The notes under the pieces were generated by a model, which was given only the letters and a program-made list of their open reading frames with translations, was not told the origin of the DNA and ran no database searches. The translations under genes and the position numbers were made by a program. Positions 6,248-14,186 of a stretch of DNA of 32,134 nucleotides are shown one piece after another. Position 1 is the first letter of the stretch. Each line of letters begins with the position of its first letter. Origin of the DNA: Solirubrobacterales bacterium (GTDB taxonomy: Bacteria; Actinomycetota; Thermoleophilia; Solirubrobacterales; 70-9); NCBI GenBank assembly GCA_036513995.1, contig DATBXZ010000139.1:1-32134 (forward strand), read 5' to 3'.

Positions 6248-7941
6248 CTGGCGCGGCTGTCGGGGTCGCCGTAGTGCGCGTAGTCGAACTCGAGGTGGCT
6301 GACCTCCCAGTCGGCGTCCTCGGGGACCGGAAAGAGATGGCGCACGCGAGGAGTGTCGATGCGCTCGCGGTGTTCGATGTCGCGCTCGCTGGCGGCGGGC
6401 CACTCGAGCGAGTCGCCGCGGCGCTCGTCTGAGACCTCCTCGAGCCACGGCGTCGCCGTGATCTTGATCTCGTCTTCGGCCGGGATCGGCTCCATGATGC
6501 GGGTCTCCTGCTCCATGAACTCCTCCTCGGTCGATGCGATTTCGATTGGCTCGGGGCGCGCGACGGGCTGCGGAAGCTGTTCGACGCGGAACTCTGGGGG
6601 CTTCGCGATCGGCTCGGGCGGGCGGATCGCCTCGACGGGCTCGGGCGGCACGACGGACTCGATGGCGGCCTCGATCTCCTCGGCGGCTGTGAAGGCGATC
6701 TCGGAGTCGCCGCCTTCCAGGCCGGTGACGATCAGAGTCTCGTCGGCGGTGGCGTTGAGGTCGTTGCCGAGCTCGCCGAGAGCGGCCTGCAGCAGCAGCC
6801 TGCGGACCCCATCCTCGGCCCAGCCGGCCAGGCGCACGCCGTTCTCCAGCGAGCGGCCGTTCATCAGAGCGCGCTCGAGCTCGAGCGTGTCCTCGATCTT
6901 TTCGCGGGCCTCGATCCGGTCCAGCGAGTCGTCGGAGATCAGCGCCGCGGCGCGCATCGGCAGCGAGGCGCCGACCGGGCCGTGGCCCTCGAGCACCGCT
7001 CGCAGAGCCAAAAGGTGGTCGCTGAGCCCGTCGAGCGCGCTCTCGCGCTCGCAGCCCATCTCGAAGCGGCCGACCGCCCAGGTGAGGGCGCTGTCGGGGT
7101 CGGGACGGGCCTCCAGCGTGCCGGCCAGCTCGACCAGCTCGCCTGCCTCCTCCTCGCTGAGTCGGTAGCCACCGGGGCGGGTCGCGGGGGCGCCGGTGGC
7201 GATCCGCCGCCAGCAGTCCTCGCCGGTCGGGGCGAAGGCGAAGGGGCCGAGCCCGATGCCACCGCCTTTGAAGAGCCTCATCACGCTGATCAGCTCGCGC
7301 AGCTGGTTGAGGGCAGCCTCGGCGCCTTCCTCCTCGTGCTGCTCGGCGACGGCGAGGTACTGCGGCTCCCAGGAAGCGCGCCCCATGCCCTCGCTGCGCA
7401 TCGCGTCGATCGGGGCGTCGATCGCGTCGGAGCGGACCACACGCACCCCGTGCGGCAGTTGCAGCCGGGCGATCGACATCCGCAGGCCGACCACGGGGAC
7501 GATCACCACCTCGGCGTCGTCGGCGCCGCGCGCTTCGGCATCGAGCATCGAGAGCGCGCTGTCGAGCCGCGCCCGGTCGAGCGAGAACTCGGTCGACCCC
7601 TCCCAAAGCGCGGAAATGAAGACGGTGAGCATCCGTTCCGCCCGCTCGCCCGGGTCGGCGGGGACGGACTCGCCGCGCTCCTCCAGGTAGGCGGAGGCGA
7701 CGCCGGCCTCGATCGCGGCCTCGCGGGCGGGGCCGAAGCTGGGCAGGGAGCGGAGCTCCTGGGCGCGTTCCTCGACGAAGCGCGAGGTCAGCGGCACGTA
7801 GCTGTAGAAGGCCGAGTCGTCGCCGCTCTCGGCGGAGACGTCGAAGGGAATCTGGTCGCCGCTGGCGACGAGAGAGCTGAAGCGCGTGGCGGCCTCGGTG
7901 GCCAGCCGCTTCAGCGCTTCGTTGAGGAGGAAATCACGCAC
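6244..7941 (-). CDS. hypothetical protein, 565 aa, acidic, with a Pro/Glu-rich C-terminal third
   Basis: This is the only frame here with balanced amino-acid composition; the competing frames are Arg/Gly/Pro-rich shadow frames. GTG start at 7941 has GGAAG about 8 nt upstream. I recognised no family motif. The C-terminal part contains PPEPVEAIRPPEPIAKPPEF...PQPVARPEPIEI and Trp/acidic motifs. Confidence 0.7.
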   Translation of the reverse strand: MRDFLLNEALKRLATEAATRFSSLVASGDQIPFDVSAESGDDSAFYSYVPLTSRFVEERAQELRSLPSFGPAREAAIEAGVASAYLEERGESVPADPGERAERMLTVFISALWEGSTEFSLDRARLDSALSMLDAEARGADDAEVVIVPVVGLRMSIARLQLPHGVRVVRSDAIDAPIDAMRSEGMGRASWEPQYLAVAEQHEEEGAEAALNQLRELISVMRLFKGGGIGLGPFAFAPTGEDCWRRIATGAPATRPGGYRLSEEEAGELVELAGTLEARPDPDSALTWAVGRFEMGCERESALDGLSDHLLALRAVLEGHGPVGASLPMRAAALISDDSLDRIEAREKIEDTLELERALMNGRSLENGVRLAGWAEDGVRRLLLQAALGELGNDLNATADETLIVTGLEGGDSEIAFTAAEEIEAAIESVVPPEPVEAIRPPEPIAKPPEFRVEQLPQPVARPEPIEIASTEEEFMEQETRIMEPIPAEDEIKITATPWLEEVSDERRGDSLEWPAASERDIEHRERIDTPRVRHLFPVPEDADWEVSHLEFDYAHYGDPDSRAS

Positions 7942-8003
7942 GGCTCAGGCTTCCGCCCGCCGGGCAGCGCTCCTGCGCCTGCACGATGCATTGCAAGCGG
8001 GAG

Positions 8004-8019
8004 GTTTGGACGTTTGGAC
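8004..8019. repeat. perfect tandem 8-mer GTTTGGAC x2
   Basis: gtttggacgtttggac abuts the hxlR stop codon (cta at 8019..8021) and lies 63-78 nt upstream of the GTG start of the 565-aa gene. Confidence 0.8.
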
Positions 8020-8360
8020 TAGACGGCGGCGGGCTCGGCGTCTTCGGCCAGGAGCCAGCGGGTGCCGTACTTGCGCATGTCGTCGATCAGCGGCACCAGC
8101 GCCTCGCCCTTGGTGGTCAGGGCGTACTCGACCCGGGGCGGAACCTCCGGATACGTGTGCCGCTCGACGACCCCCTCCTCCTCCAGCGCCCGCAGGCGCA
8201 GGGAGAGAGTGCGCGGGCTGATCCCCTCCAGAGAGCGCTCCAGCTCGCAGAAGCGACTGCTGCCGTCGGCAAGGTCGCGGATCAGCAGCAGCGTCCACTT
8301 GCCGCAGACGACCTCGGCCGTTCGACAGACAGGACAGGTGGAGTTGCTCAGTGCGCTCAT
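8019..8360 (-). CDS. HxlR-family winged-helix transcriptional regulator
   Basis: CPVCRTAEVVCGKWTLLLIRDLADGSSRFCELERSLEGISPRTLSLRLRALEEEGVVERHTYPEVPPRVEYALTTKGEAL is a typical HxlR/DUF24 core. Start placed at ATG 8360 (113 aa). The track start at 8411 is a GTG that would add 17 aa. Confidence 0.85.
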   Translation of the reverse strand: MSALSNSTCPVCRTAEVVCGKWTLLLIRDLADGSSRFCELERSLEGISPRTLSLRLRALEEEGVVERHTYPEVPPRVEYALTTKGEALVPLIDDMRKYGTRWLLAEDAEPAAV

Positions 8361-8405
8361 CGTCAAATCGAGGCGGGGATTCAAAAGCCTCGCTTCAACA
8401 AGTGT

Positions 8406-8431
8406 AGCCACATGGCTTCACTAACTGAAGC
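8406..8431. promoter_or_regulatory. composite inverted repeats AGCCA-CA-TGGCT and GCTTCA-N5-TGAAGC between hxlR and the pilin-like operon
   Basis: agccacatggcttcactaactgaagc, read directly from the sequence. It lies in the divergent spacer, where HxlR-type regulators usually autoregulate. Confidence 0.35.
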
Positions 8432-8505
8432 ATTGGCGAATACCTGTCGAGATGGGCTTTACGTGGGCTTCCCTGGCTAAAGCCGCTTGCCCGTCGGACC
8501 GATGA

Positions 8506-9915
8506 ATGGGCATGTTGGCGGCCCCCGGACGAACCAGCCCTCCTCGCAGCAACCGCGAGGGGGGCTTCGCCCTGATCGAGGTTCTGATCAGCGGCCTGAT
8601 CGCGGTCACGATGACTGGCGCGGTTTTCGGTCTGCTGACCGCATCGGGCCGGTCGGGCACCGAAGACCGTCACCGGACCCAGGCCTACTCGTTGGGCCAG
8701 GAAGACCAAGCACGAATGAGAGGGATGAGGATCTCGACCCTCAACGGGTACAGCCGCGTCAGCCAACCGATCCTTCTCAACGGTGCCGAATACAAAGTCA
8801 CCTCCAGAGCCTCCTTCGTCAACAACAACAGCTCGGCGGCCTCCTGCGAAGAAGGCAACTCCTCGGTCGACTACGTGAAACTCTCCTCGGAAGTCACCTG
8901 GGTCGGCACCAACGGCCGCAAAGTCCAGAACCCGGCCCTAGTCGAGAGCATCATGACCCCCTCGAACGGCTCACTTGACCCGACCCACGGGTCGCTGGTC
9001 TTCCAGGTCACCAACGCCTCGAACGTCGCGATCAGGGAAGTGACCCTGAACACGACCGGGAGCTCTAACCCGGCCAGCCTCAGCGGCAGGACGGACGAAA
9101 ACGGCTGCGCGATCTTCATCGACCAGCCGGAAGGGACGTACTCCATCCTGCCCGGCGGCCTGGCGGCCGGATACGTCAACGAAGACGACGAAGCGCCTGC
9201 GGCGGAACCCTGGGGGATCACCGGCGGCTCTACCAAGACCGTTCAGCTCCACTACGACAAGGGGGCGGCGATCAATGCGAGCTTCAAGGTCCGGCCGTAC
9301 TCCGGCACTCCACCGCTCAGCGAAAACAAGGTCGATTCGGTGCGGGTACTCCAGAATCAGTGGACCGTGCAGGAAAAAATCTTTGGGTCGGTCGGCGGCA
9401 CCCGCTCGACGCCATTCGTGCTCGGCTCGCTCTACCCCTTTGCTAGCTCCTCCTACGTCTATTGGGCGGGGACCTGTGCGGCCAACCAGCCGCCCGCTGG
9501 GGTGATGCTGGGAAGCACCGCTGTCACCTCCGGCGGGACGAGCGCAACGGCACCGCAACTCCCCGCCTTCTATCCAACCGTGATGGGTGAAAACGCGACC
9601 GGAACCATGGTCCCACTCAGCGGCGCCAAGCTGACCGTCGAAGACGAAGGAACCGGTTGCACGGGGAAGCGCGAATTCCTGACGAATACCTCAGGGCAGC
9701 TTAACGAACCAGGGCTTCCGTACGACAACTACAAAGTCTGCGCTTCGGGGTCGGTCACGACCAGAAAGGCGACTGGCACCGAAACAGAAACCAAGATTCG
9801 GCGCGCGACAGCGTCAAACGTCTCCGTCAAGAGCATCACGGGAACCCCCCTCACCCTGGAAATCAAGGGCGCAAGAGCCACAGGTGGCGCATCCCCAGAA
9901 GGCGCGTGCCCATGA
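8506..9915 (+). CDS. large pilin-like protein with a prepilin N-terminal cleavage/methylation motif (469 aa)
   Basis: MGMLAAPGRTSPPRSNREGG|FALIEVLISGLIAVTMTGAVFGLL shows a G/F cleavage site, Glu5 and a hydrophobic helix. The C-terminal part has a beta-rich segment (GRTDENGCAIFIDQPEGTYSI) that resembles carboxypeptidase-regulatory-like folds. Confidence 0.8.
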   Translation: MGMLAAPGRTSPPRSNREGGFALIEVLISGLIAVTMTGAVFGLLTASGRSGTEDRHRTQAYSLGQEDQARMRGMRISTLNGYSRVSQPILLNGAEYKVTSRASFVNNNSSAASCEEGNSSVDYVKLSSEVTWVGTNGRKVQNPALVESIMTPSNGSLDPTHGSLVFQVTNASNVAIREVTLNTTGSSNPASLSGRTDENGCAIFIDQPEGTYSILPGGLAAGYVNEDDEAPAAEPWGITGGSTKTVQLHYDKGAAINASFKVRPYSGTPPLSENKVDSVRVLQNQWTVQEKIFGSVGGTRSTPFVLGSLYPFASSSYVYWAGTCAANQPPAGVMLGSTAVTSGGTSATAPQLPAFYPTVMGENATGTMVPLSGAKLTVEDEGTGCTGKREFLTNTSGQLNEPGLPYDNYKVCASGSVTTRKATGTETETKIRRATASNVSVKSITGTPLTLEIKGARATGGASPEGACP

Positions 9916-10607
9916 GCTTGCGGCGCGTGCTCAAGGACGAGAGCGGCATGACCCTGGTCGAGCTGCTCGTCGCGACGGCGACGGGCACAGTCGTGATGGC
10001 GATGGTCACGGCGGTGCTGATCACCACCATGCACGTGTCGAACCGGGTTGCTAGTCACGTCGAGGCGAACCAGCTCGCGCGGCTGACAATGGGAAAGGTG
10101 ATCGACCAGTTGCACTCCTCCTGCGTCGCCTACGACTATGCCCCGATCAAAGAAAACAGCAATGGCAGCACGCTGATCTTCACCCATCAGACCGGGAGCG
10201 CGGTGCAGCCGGTCCCGGTCAAATCCGAAATTGTCTTCTCCGGCGGCAAATTGACCCAGGCCGACTATCCCTCGACCGGCGGCTCGGCACCGAACTGGAC
10301 CTTCGCGACCTCGCCCGCGACGACCACGACGTTGACGACCAACGTCAGTCAGATCGGCTCGACCCCAATCTTCCGCTACTACGGCTACAACACGAGCGGG
10401 GCGATCTCCTCAACCCCGCTGGCCGAACCGCTGAACAAGGAAAACGCCGAACGCGCGGTCCAGGTCTCAGTCGCTTTCGGGGCCGGCCCACGCACACTTA
10501 GAACCGCCAACGACAGCGGGGCAGTCACCCCGATCCAGAGCTCGGCGCTGCTGCGTCTCACCCCCGCCAGCTTCGAAGCCGGCCCCGAAAACTCACCATG
10601 CCAATGA
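9912..10607 (+). CDS. minor pilin-like protein (PilW-like prepilin motif)
   Basis: MSLRRVLKDESG|MTLVELLVATATGTVVMAMV. ATG 9912 overlaps the upstream stop (ATGA). The track start at 9906 is GTG. Confidence 0.8.
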   Translation: MSLRRVLKDESGMTLVELLVATATGTVVMAMVTAVLITTMHVSNRVASHVEANQLARLTMGKVIDQLHSSCVAYDYAPIKENSNGSTLIFTHQTGSAVQPVPVKSEIVFSGGKLTQADYPSTGGSAPNWTFATSPATTTTLTTNVSQIGSTPIFRYYGYNTSGAISSTPLAEPLNKENAERAVQVSVAFGAGPRTLRTANDSGAVTPIQSSALLRLTPASFEAGPENSPCQ

Positions 10608-12241
10608 ACACCGGGAAGGCGAAATCCGAGGACGGTTTCACGATGATCATCACGCTGATCGCGATGACCGTGATGATGATGCTCGCGGTGGTCGCCGTCA
10701 CAGCGGTCAACGGCGACGGTCACCTCAGCCTGCGCAACCTCGAACAGAAGCAGGCCTACGAGGCGGCCAAGGCCGGCGTCGAAGACTATGCCTTCCATCT
10801 CGACGCTACAAACGGCTCCTATTGGGAAAAATGCACCAACGTGGAACTGCCGAACGCCGTCAATCAGATCGGCTCAACCGCAAAGACCCGCCCGGTGCCC
10901 GGGACGACGGGAGCCAAATACGCGATCGAACTGATCCCTTCCTCGACGCAGACGAGATACACCCAGTGCAGTGAAATCGATCCTTCCGGGAGCATGCTCG
11001 AGCAGACCGGACAGCTGCCGGGGTCGTTCCGGATCCGATCGAACGGCTTCGCCGGCAAGGCGAAAGCGACGATCGTCGCCACTTTCAAACGGCCGAGCTT
11101 CCTCGACTACGTGTACTTCACCCAGTTCGAGACCTCGGACCCGATCACCTATGCGGGGGAAAAGACCTGGCTCCCGGAAGCGTACAAGCAATGCGAAAAA
11201 ACGATGCAGGAAGGACGCTACGCTCAAGAAATTCCGGGTTCGAACGGCGTCTATTGCAACGTGATCTCGTTCAAGTCGGGCGAGGCGATCAGGGGCCCGC
11301 TGCACAGCAACGACGCGATCTTCGTCTGCGGCAACCCGACCTTCGGCCGCAGCCCCGCCGACTCGATCGAGGTCGGCGCCCCGAGCCCCGGCTGGTATGG
11401 GGGCACCAATGCTGCGCTCGGCGAAGCCCGACTCGGCTCACGCGAATGCCCGAGGGCGGAACCAACATTCCCGGGAACCTTCAAAACCAGCTCACCGCCG
11501 CTCAACCCACCGACGACCAACAGCGAACTCTCGACCATCGCCGAACCGGCTTTCAGGTATAGCGGCCAGGTGCGAATCTGCCTCAGCGGCGCGACCATGA
11601 AGGTGAGCACCAACGGGACCTGCGACGGCAGCAAATACTCGGGGGCGATCCCCGCCAACGGCGTCGTCTACGTCTTCAACAACAGCTCCTGCGTGAGCTC
11701 GAAATACGACCCGTACAAGGTCACCTACGAAACGACCTCCGGTTGCGGCAACGCGCTGGTCTCGGGCGAAAACTACTCAGGCCAGCTGACGATCGCCGCC
11801 GAAAACGATGTCCTGATCTCCGGGCCACTGACCCGCCAGTCCGGAACCAACGGGATGCTCGGCCTGATCGCCAATAACTTCGTCCGCGTCTTCCATGCCT
11901 ATCCGACCGAGAAGTACAACGCGGAAGGCAAGGTCGAATGCGGAAGCGGAGCCGGCGAGTCACGACTCGAAAACCTCGAGATCGACGCCGCGATTCTGGC
12001 GATCAAACACTCCTTCATCGTCGACCACTACAACTGCGGCAACGATATGGGCAGTCTGACCGTGAAGGGCGCGATCGCGCAGAAGTTCCGCGGCCCGGTC
12101 GGCACCTTCAGCGGCTCCACGACGGTCAACGGCTACTCCAAGAACTACGAATACGACGACAGGCTCCGCTACGCGGAGCCACCGAGCTTCCTTGACCCGG
12201 TCACCAAGTCCTGGGTGATCGGCAGGGAGACCGCCGGCTGA
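10598..12241 (+). CDS. PilX-N-domain-like pseudopilin / putative tip protein (547 aa, no Glu5)
   Basis: MPMNTGKAKSEDG|FTMIITLIAMTVMMMLAVVAVTAV...QKQAYEAAKAGVEDY resembles the PilX N-terminal domain. A large C-terminal region follows. An alternative ATG at 10604 forms an ATGA overlap with the upstream stop. Confidence 0.75.
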   Translation: MPMNTGKAKSEDGFTMIITLIAMTVMMMLAVVAVTAVNGDGHLSLRNLEQKQAYEAAKAGVEDYAFHLDATNGSYWEKCTNVELPNAVNQIGSTAKTRPVPGTTGAKYAIELIPSSTQTRYTQCSEIDPSGSMLEQTGQLPGSFRIRSNGFAGKAKATIVATFKRPSFLDYVYFTQFETSDPITYAGEKTWLPEAYKQCEKTMQEGRYAQEIPGSNGVYCNVISFKSGEAIRGPLHSNDAIFVCGNPTFGRSPADSIEVGAPSPGWYGGTNAALGEARLGSRECPRAEPTFPGTFKTSSPPLNPPTTNSELSTIAEPAFRYSGQVRICLSGATMKVSTNGTCDGSKYSGAIPANGVVYVFNNSSCVSSKYDPYKVTYETTSGCGNALVSGENYSGQLTIAAENDVLISGPLTRQSGTNGMLGLIANNFVRVFHAYPTEKYNAEGKVECGSGAGESRLENLEIDAAILAIKHSFIVDHYNCGNDMGSLTVKGAIAQKFRGPVGTFSGSTTVNGYSKNYEYDDRLRYAEPPSFLDPVTKSWVIGRETAG

Positions 12242-12338
12242 CGACGAAACAGGCGAAGCGGCGGCATCGCCGCTCGTTCCGGTCCAAAAGTTGCGGAAGC
12301 AAAGTTTTCCGTGCCGGTATGTCGATGAGAGAAGACAG

Positions 12339-13421
12339 ATGTTGGAGCTCACCCGCAAGAAAGACAAGTCGCTGGTCGGACTCGAGATCGAGGCCGACTC
12401 GATCGCCGCGACCGAAGTTCGGGTCAACGGCGACACGAACGTCGCCGCAACGGCGCTCGCCCCCCTGCCCCCGGGCGCCTTCCACGAAGGCGAGGTTGTC
12501 GAGCCTGAAGCCGTCGCCGAGAGCCTGAAGCAGCTCTTCTCTCAACACAAGCTCTCCAAGCGCGTGCGCCTCGGCATCGCCAACCAGAAGGTCGTCGTCC
12601 GTACCCTGCGCCTGCCGGCAATCGAGGATCCAAAGGAGCTGGATGCCGCAATCCGCTTCCAGGCCACCGAGCAGATTCCGATGCCCCTCGACCAGGCTGT
12701 CCTCGACCACCGCGTCGTCGGCGGCGTCGGCGCGGCCGACGGAGAGGCACCGAAAATCGACGTGGTCGTCGTCGCCGCTCGTCGCGACATGATCAGCGCC
12801 TCACTGCAGCCACTCCGCGACGCAGGCCTCGAACCGGTTGGCGTCGACCTCTCGGCCTTCGGCATGATCCGCGCGCTCGAGGTCTCCGCGCCAGTTGCGG
12901 AAGACGAGGTCGCGGGCACGACGGACAGCGGCGCGGTTCTCTATTGCAACGTCGGCGATGTAACCAACCTGGCGGTCGCCAAAGGCCGCTCCTGCCTCTT
13001 CACGCGCATCGCCCCCGCCGGACTCGAGGCGATGGCCACCGATCTCGCCCGCTCGACCGGGTTGACCCGGGAACACGCCCAGCAATGGCTCGGCCATGTC
13101 GGCCTCGAGCTTCCACTCGACCAGATCTCCGGCGACCCTGGCCTGGCCGGGCAGGTCCGCGCCACTCTCGAGGCTGGCGCCGCCTCCCTCGTCGACGAGC
13201 TTCGCCTCTCACTCGACTTCTACGGCACCCAAGACAATTCCGTCCCGGTCGAACGCGTCGTGCTCGGTGGTCCCGCTACGGCCATTCCCGGCCTCGTGCA
13301 GCAGATGAGCGCCCAACTGGGCCTCCCGGTCGAGGCTCGCTGCCCCCAGGCTCTCGGCGCGCTGGACGAATCCACGGCAGCGCGACTCACCCTCTCCTAC
13401 GGCCTCGCTCTCGAGGACTAG
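12339..13421 (+). CDS. pilM: type IV pilus assembly protein PilM (actin-like ATPase fold)
   Basis: MLELTRKKDKSLVGLEIEADSIAATEV..., LGIANQKVVVRTLRLPAI, FQATEQIPMPLDQAVLD, VGVDLSAFGMIRAL. ATG 12339 is preferred over TTG 12291. Confidence 0.88.
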   Translation: MLELTRKKDKSLVGLEIEADSIAATEVRVNGDTNVAATALAPLPPGAFHEGEVVEPEAVAESLKQLFSQHKLSKRVRLGIANQKVVVRTLRLPAIEDPKELDAAIRFQATEQIPMPLDQAVLDHRVVGGVGAADGEAPKIDVVVVAARRDMISASLQPLRDAGLEPVGVDLSAFGMIRALEVSAPVAEDEVAGTTDSGAVLYCNVGDVTNLAVAKGRSCLFTRIAPAGLEAMATDLARSTGLTREHAQQWLGHVGLELPLDQISGDPGLAGQVRATLEAGAASLVDELRLSLDFYGTQDNSVPVERVVLGGPATAIPGLVQQMSAQLGLPVEARCPQALGALDESTAARLTLSYGLALED

Positions 13422-13423
13422 CA

Positions 13424-14185
13424 ATGCGACCAATCAACCTGATCCCGGAGGAGGAGCGGCGTGGCGTCGACGCCAAGCTGCGCAGCGGTCCGCTCGCTTA
13501 CGTTCTGCTCGGGGCGCTAATCGCCCTGCTCGCAGGGGTCACCCTGCTGGTCGTCACCGGCAACCAGATCTCCGAAAGCAAGGCCGAAGCTACTCAGCTG
13601 AAGGGTGAGGTCACGTCCACCGAAGCTGTTGTCGCGAAGCTTGCCGCTTACACCCAGTTCCACGAAGTGCAGACCCAGCGCGTCGCCACCGTTACGAACC
13701 TCGCGAAGAGCCGCTTCGACTGGGAAAAGGTGATGCGCCAGCTGGCGCTCGTCCTGCCCAGCGATGTCTGGCTGACGAGTCTGAACGGCTCCGTGCGACC
13801 AGACGCGGGAAGTGGTGGCAGCGGTCTGCGCCAAGCCGTCCCGGGCCCAGCCCTGGAATTGAGCGGCTGCGGTGGCGATCAGGAGGCAGTTGCCAACTTC
13901 ATCACCGTTCTCCGCGATATCGATGGAGTCACCCGGGTCGGCGTGCAGTCGTCTGACATCGGCGGAGAAGGCGGGGAATCCTCCGGGGGCGGCGGAGAAG
14001 GCGGATCTGTGTCAGCGACGGGCTCGTGCAGCGGCGAATCGATGGCGCAGTTCCAGATCGTCGTCGCCTTCGACGCCGCACCGATCCCGGAAGCGACCAG
14101 TGGCGAAGGGGTCGAAGTTGCGGCCCCCCCCGCTCCGGAAGAAGGCGAAAGCGAAGTTGCTGCCACCTCAACGGAAGGTGGATGA
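13424..14185 (+). CDS. pilN: PilN-like type IV pilus assembly protein
   Basis: MRPINLIPEEERR followed by one TM segment (LAYVLLGALIALLAGVTLLVV), a coiled coil, and AVANFITVLRDIDGVTRVGVQSS. The N-terminal 160 codons of track ORF 12944..14185 are a shadow frame inside pilM. Confidence 0.85.
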   Translation: MRPINLIPEEERRGVDAKLRSGPLAYVLLGALIALLAGVTLLVVTGNQISESKAEATQLKGEVTSTEAVVAKLAAYTQFHEVQTQRVATVTNLAKSRFDWEKVMRQLALVLPSDVWLTSLNGSVRPDAGSGGSGLRQAVPGPALELSGCGGDQEAVANFITVLRDIDGVTRVGVQSSDIGGEGGESSGGGGEGGSVSATGSCSGESMAQFQIVVAFDAAPIPEATSGEGVEVAAPPAPEEGESEVAATSTEGG

Positions 14186-14186
14186 G

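Noticed and set aside
12944-13423. N-terminal extensions of the pilN ORF (12944..) and, likewise, the pilO ORF (13872..14186).
   Set aside because: These are shadow frames inside pilM and pilN. Canonical N-termini (MRPINLIPEE for PilN, MSSSNRLVV plus a TM segment for PilO) begin at 13424 and 14187, next to the upstream stops.
13961-14004. Direct repeat GGCGGAGAAGGCGG x2, 30 nt apart.
   Set aside because: It lies inside the Gly/Glu/Ser-rich low-complexity C-terminal region of PilN (GGEGGESSGGGGEGG). It is coding low-complexity sequence, not a regulatory or mobile repeat.
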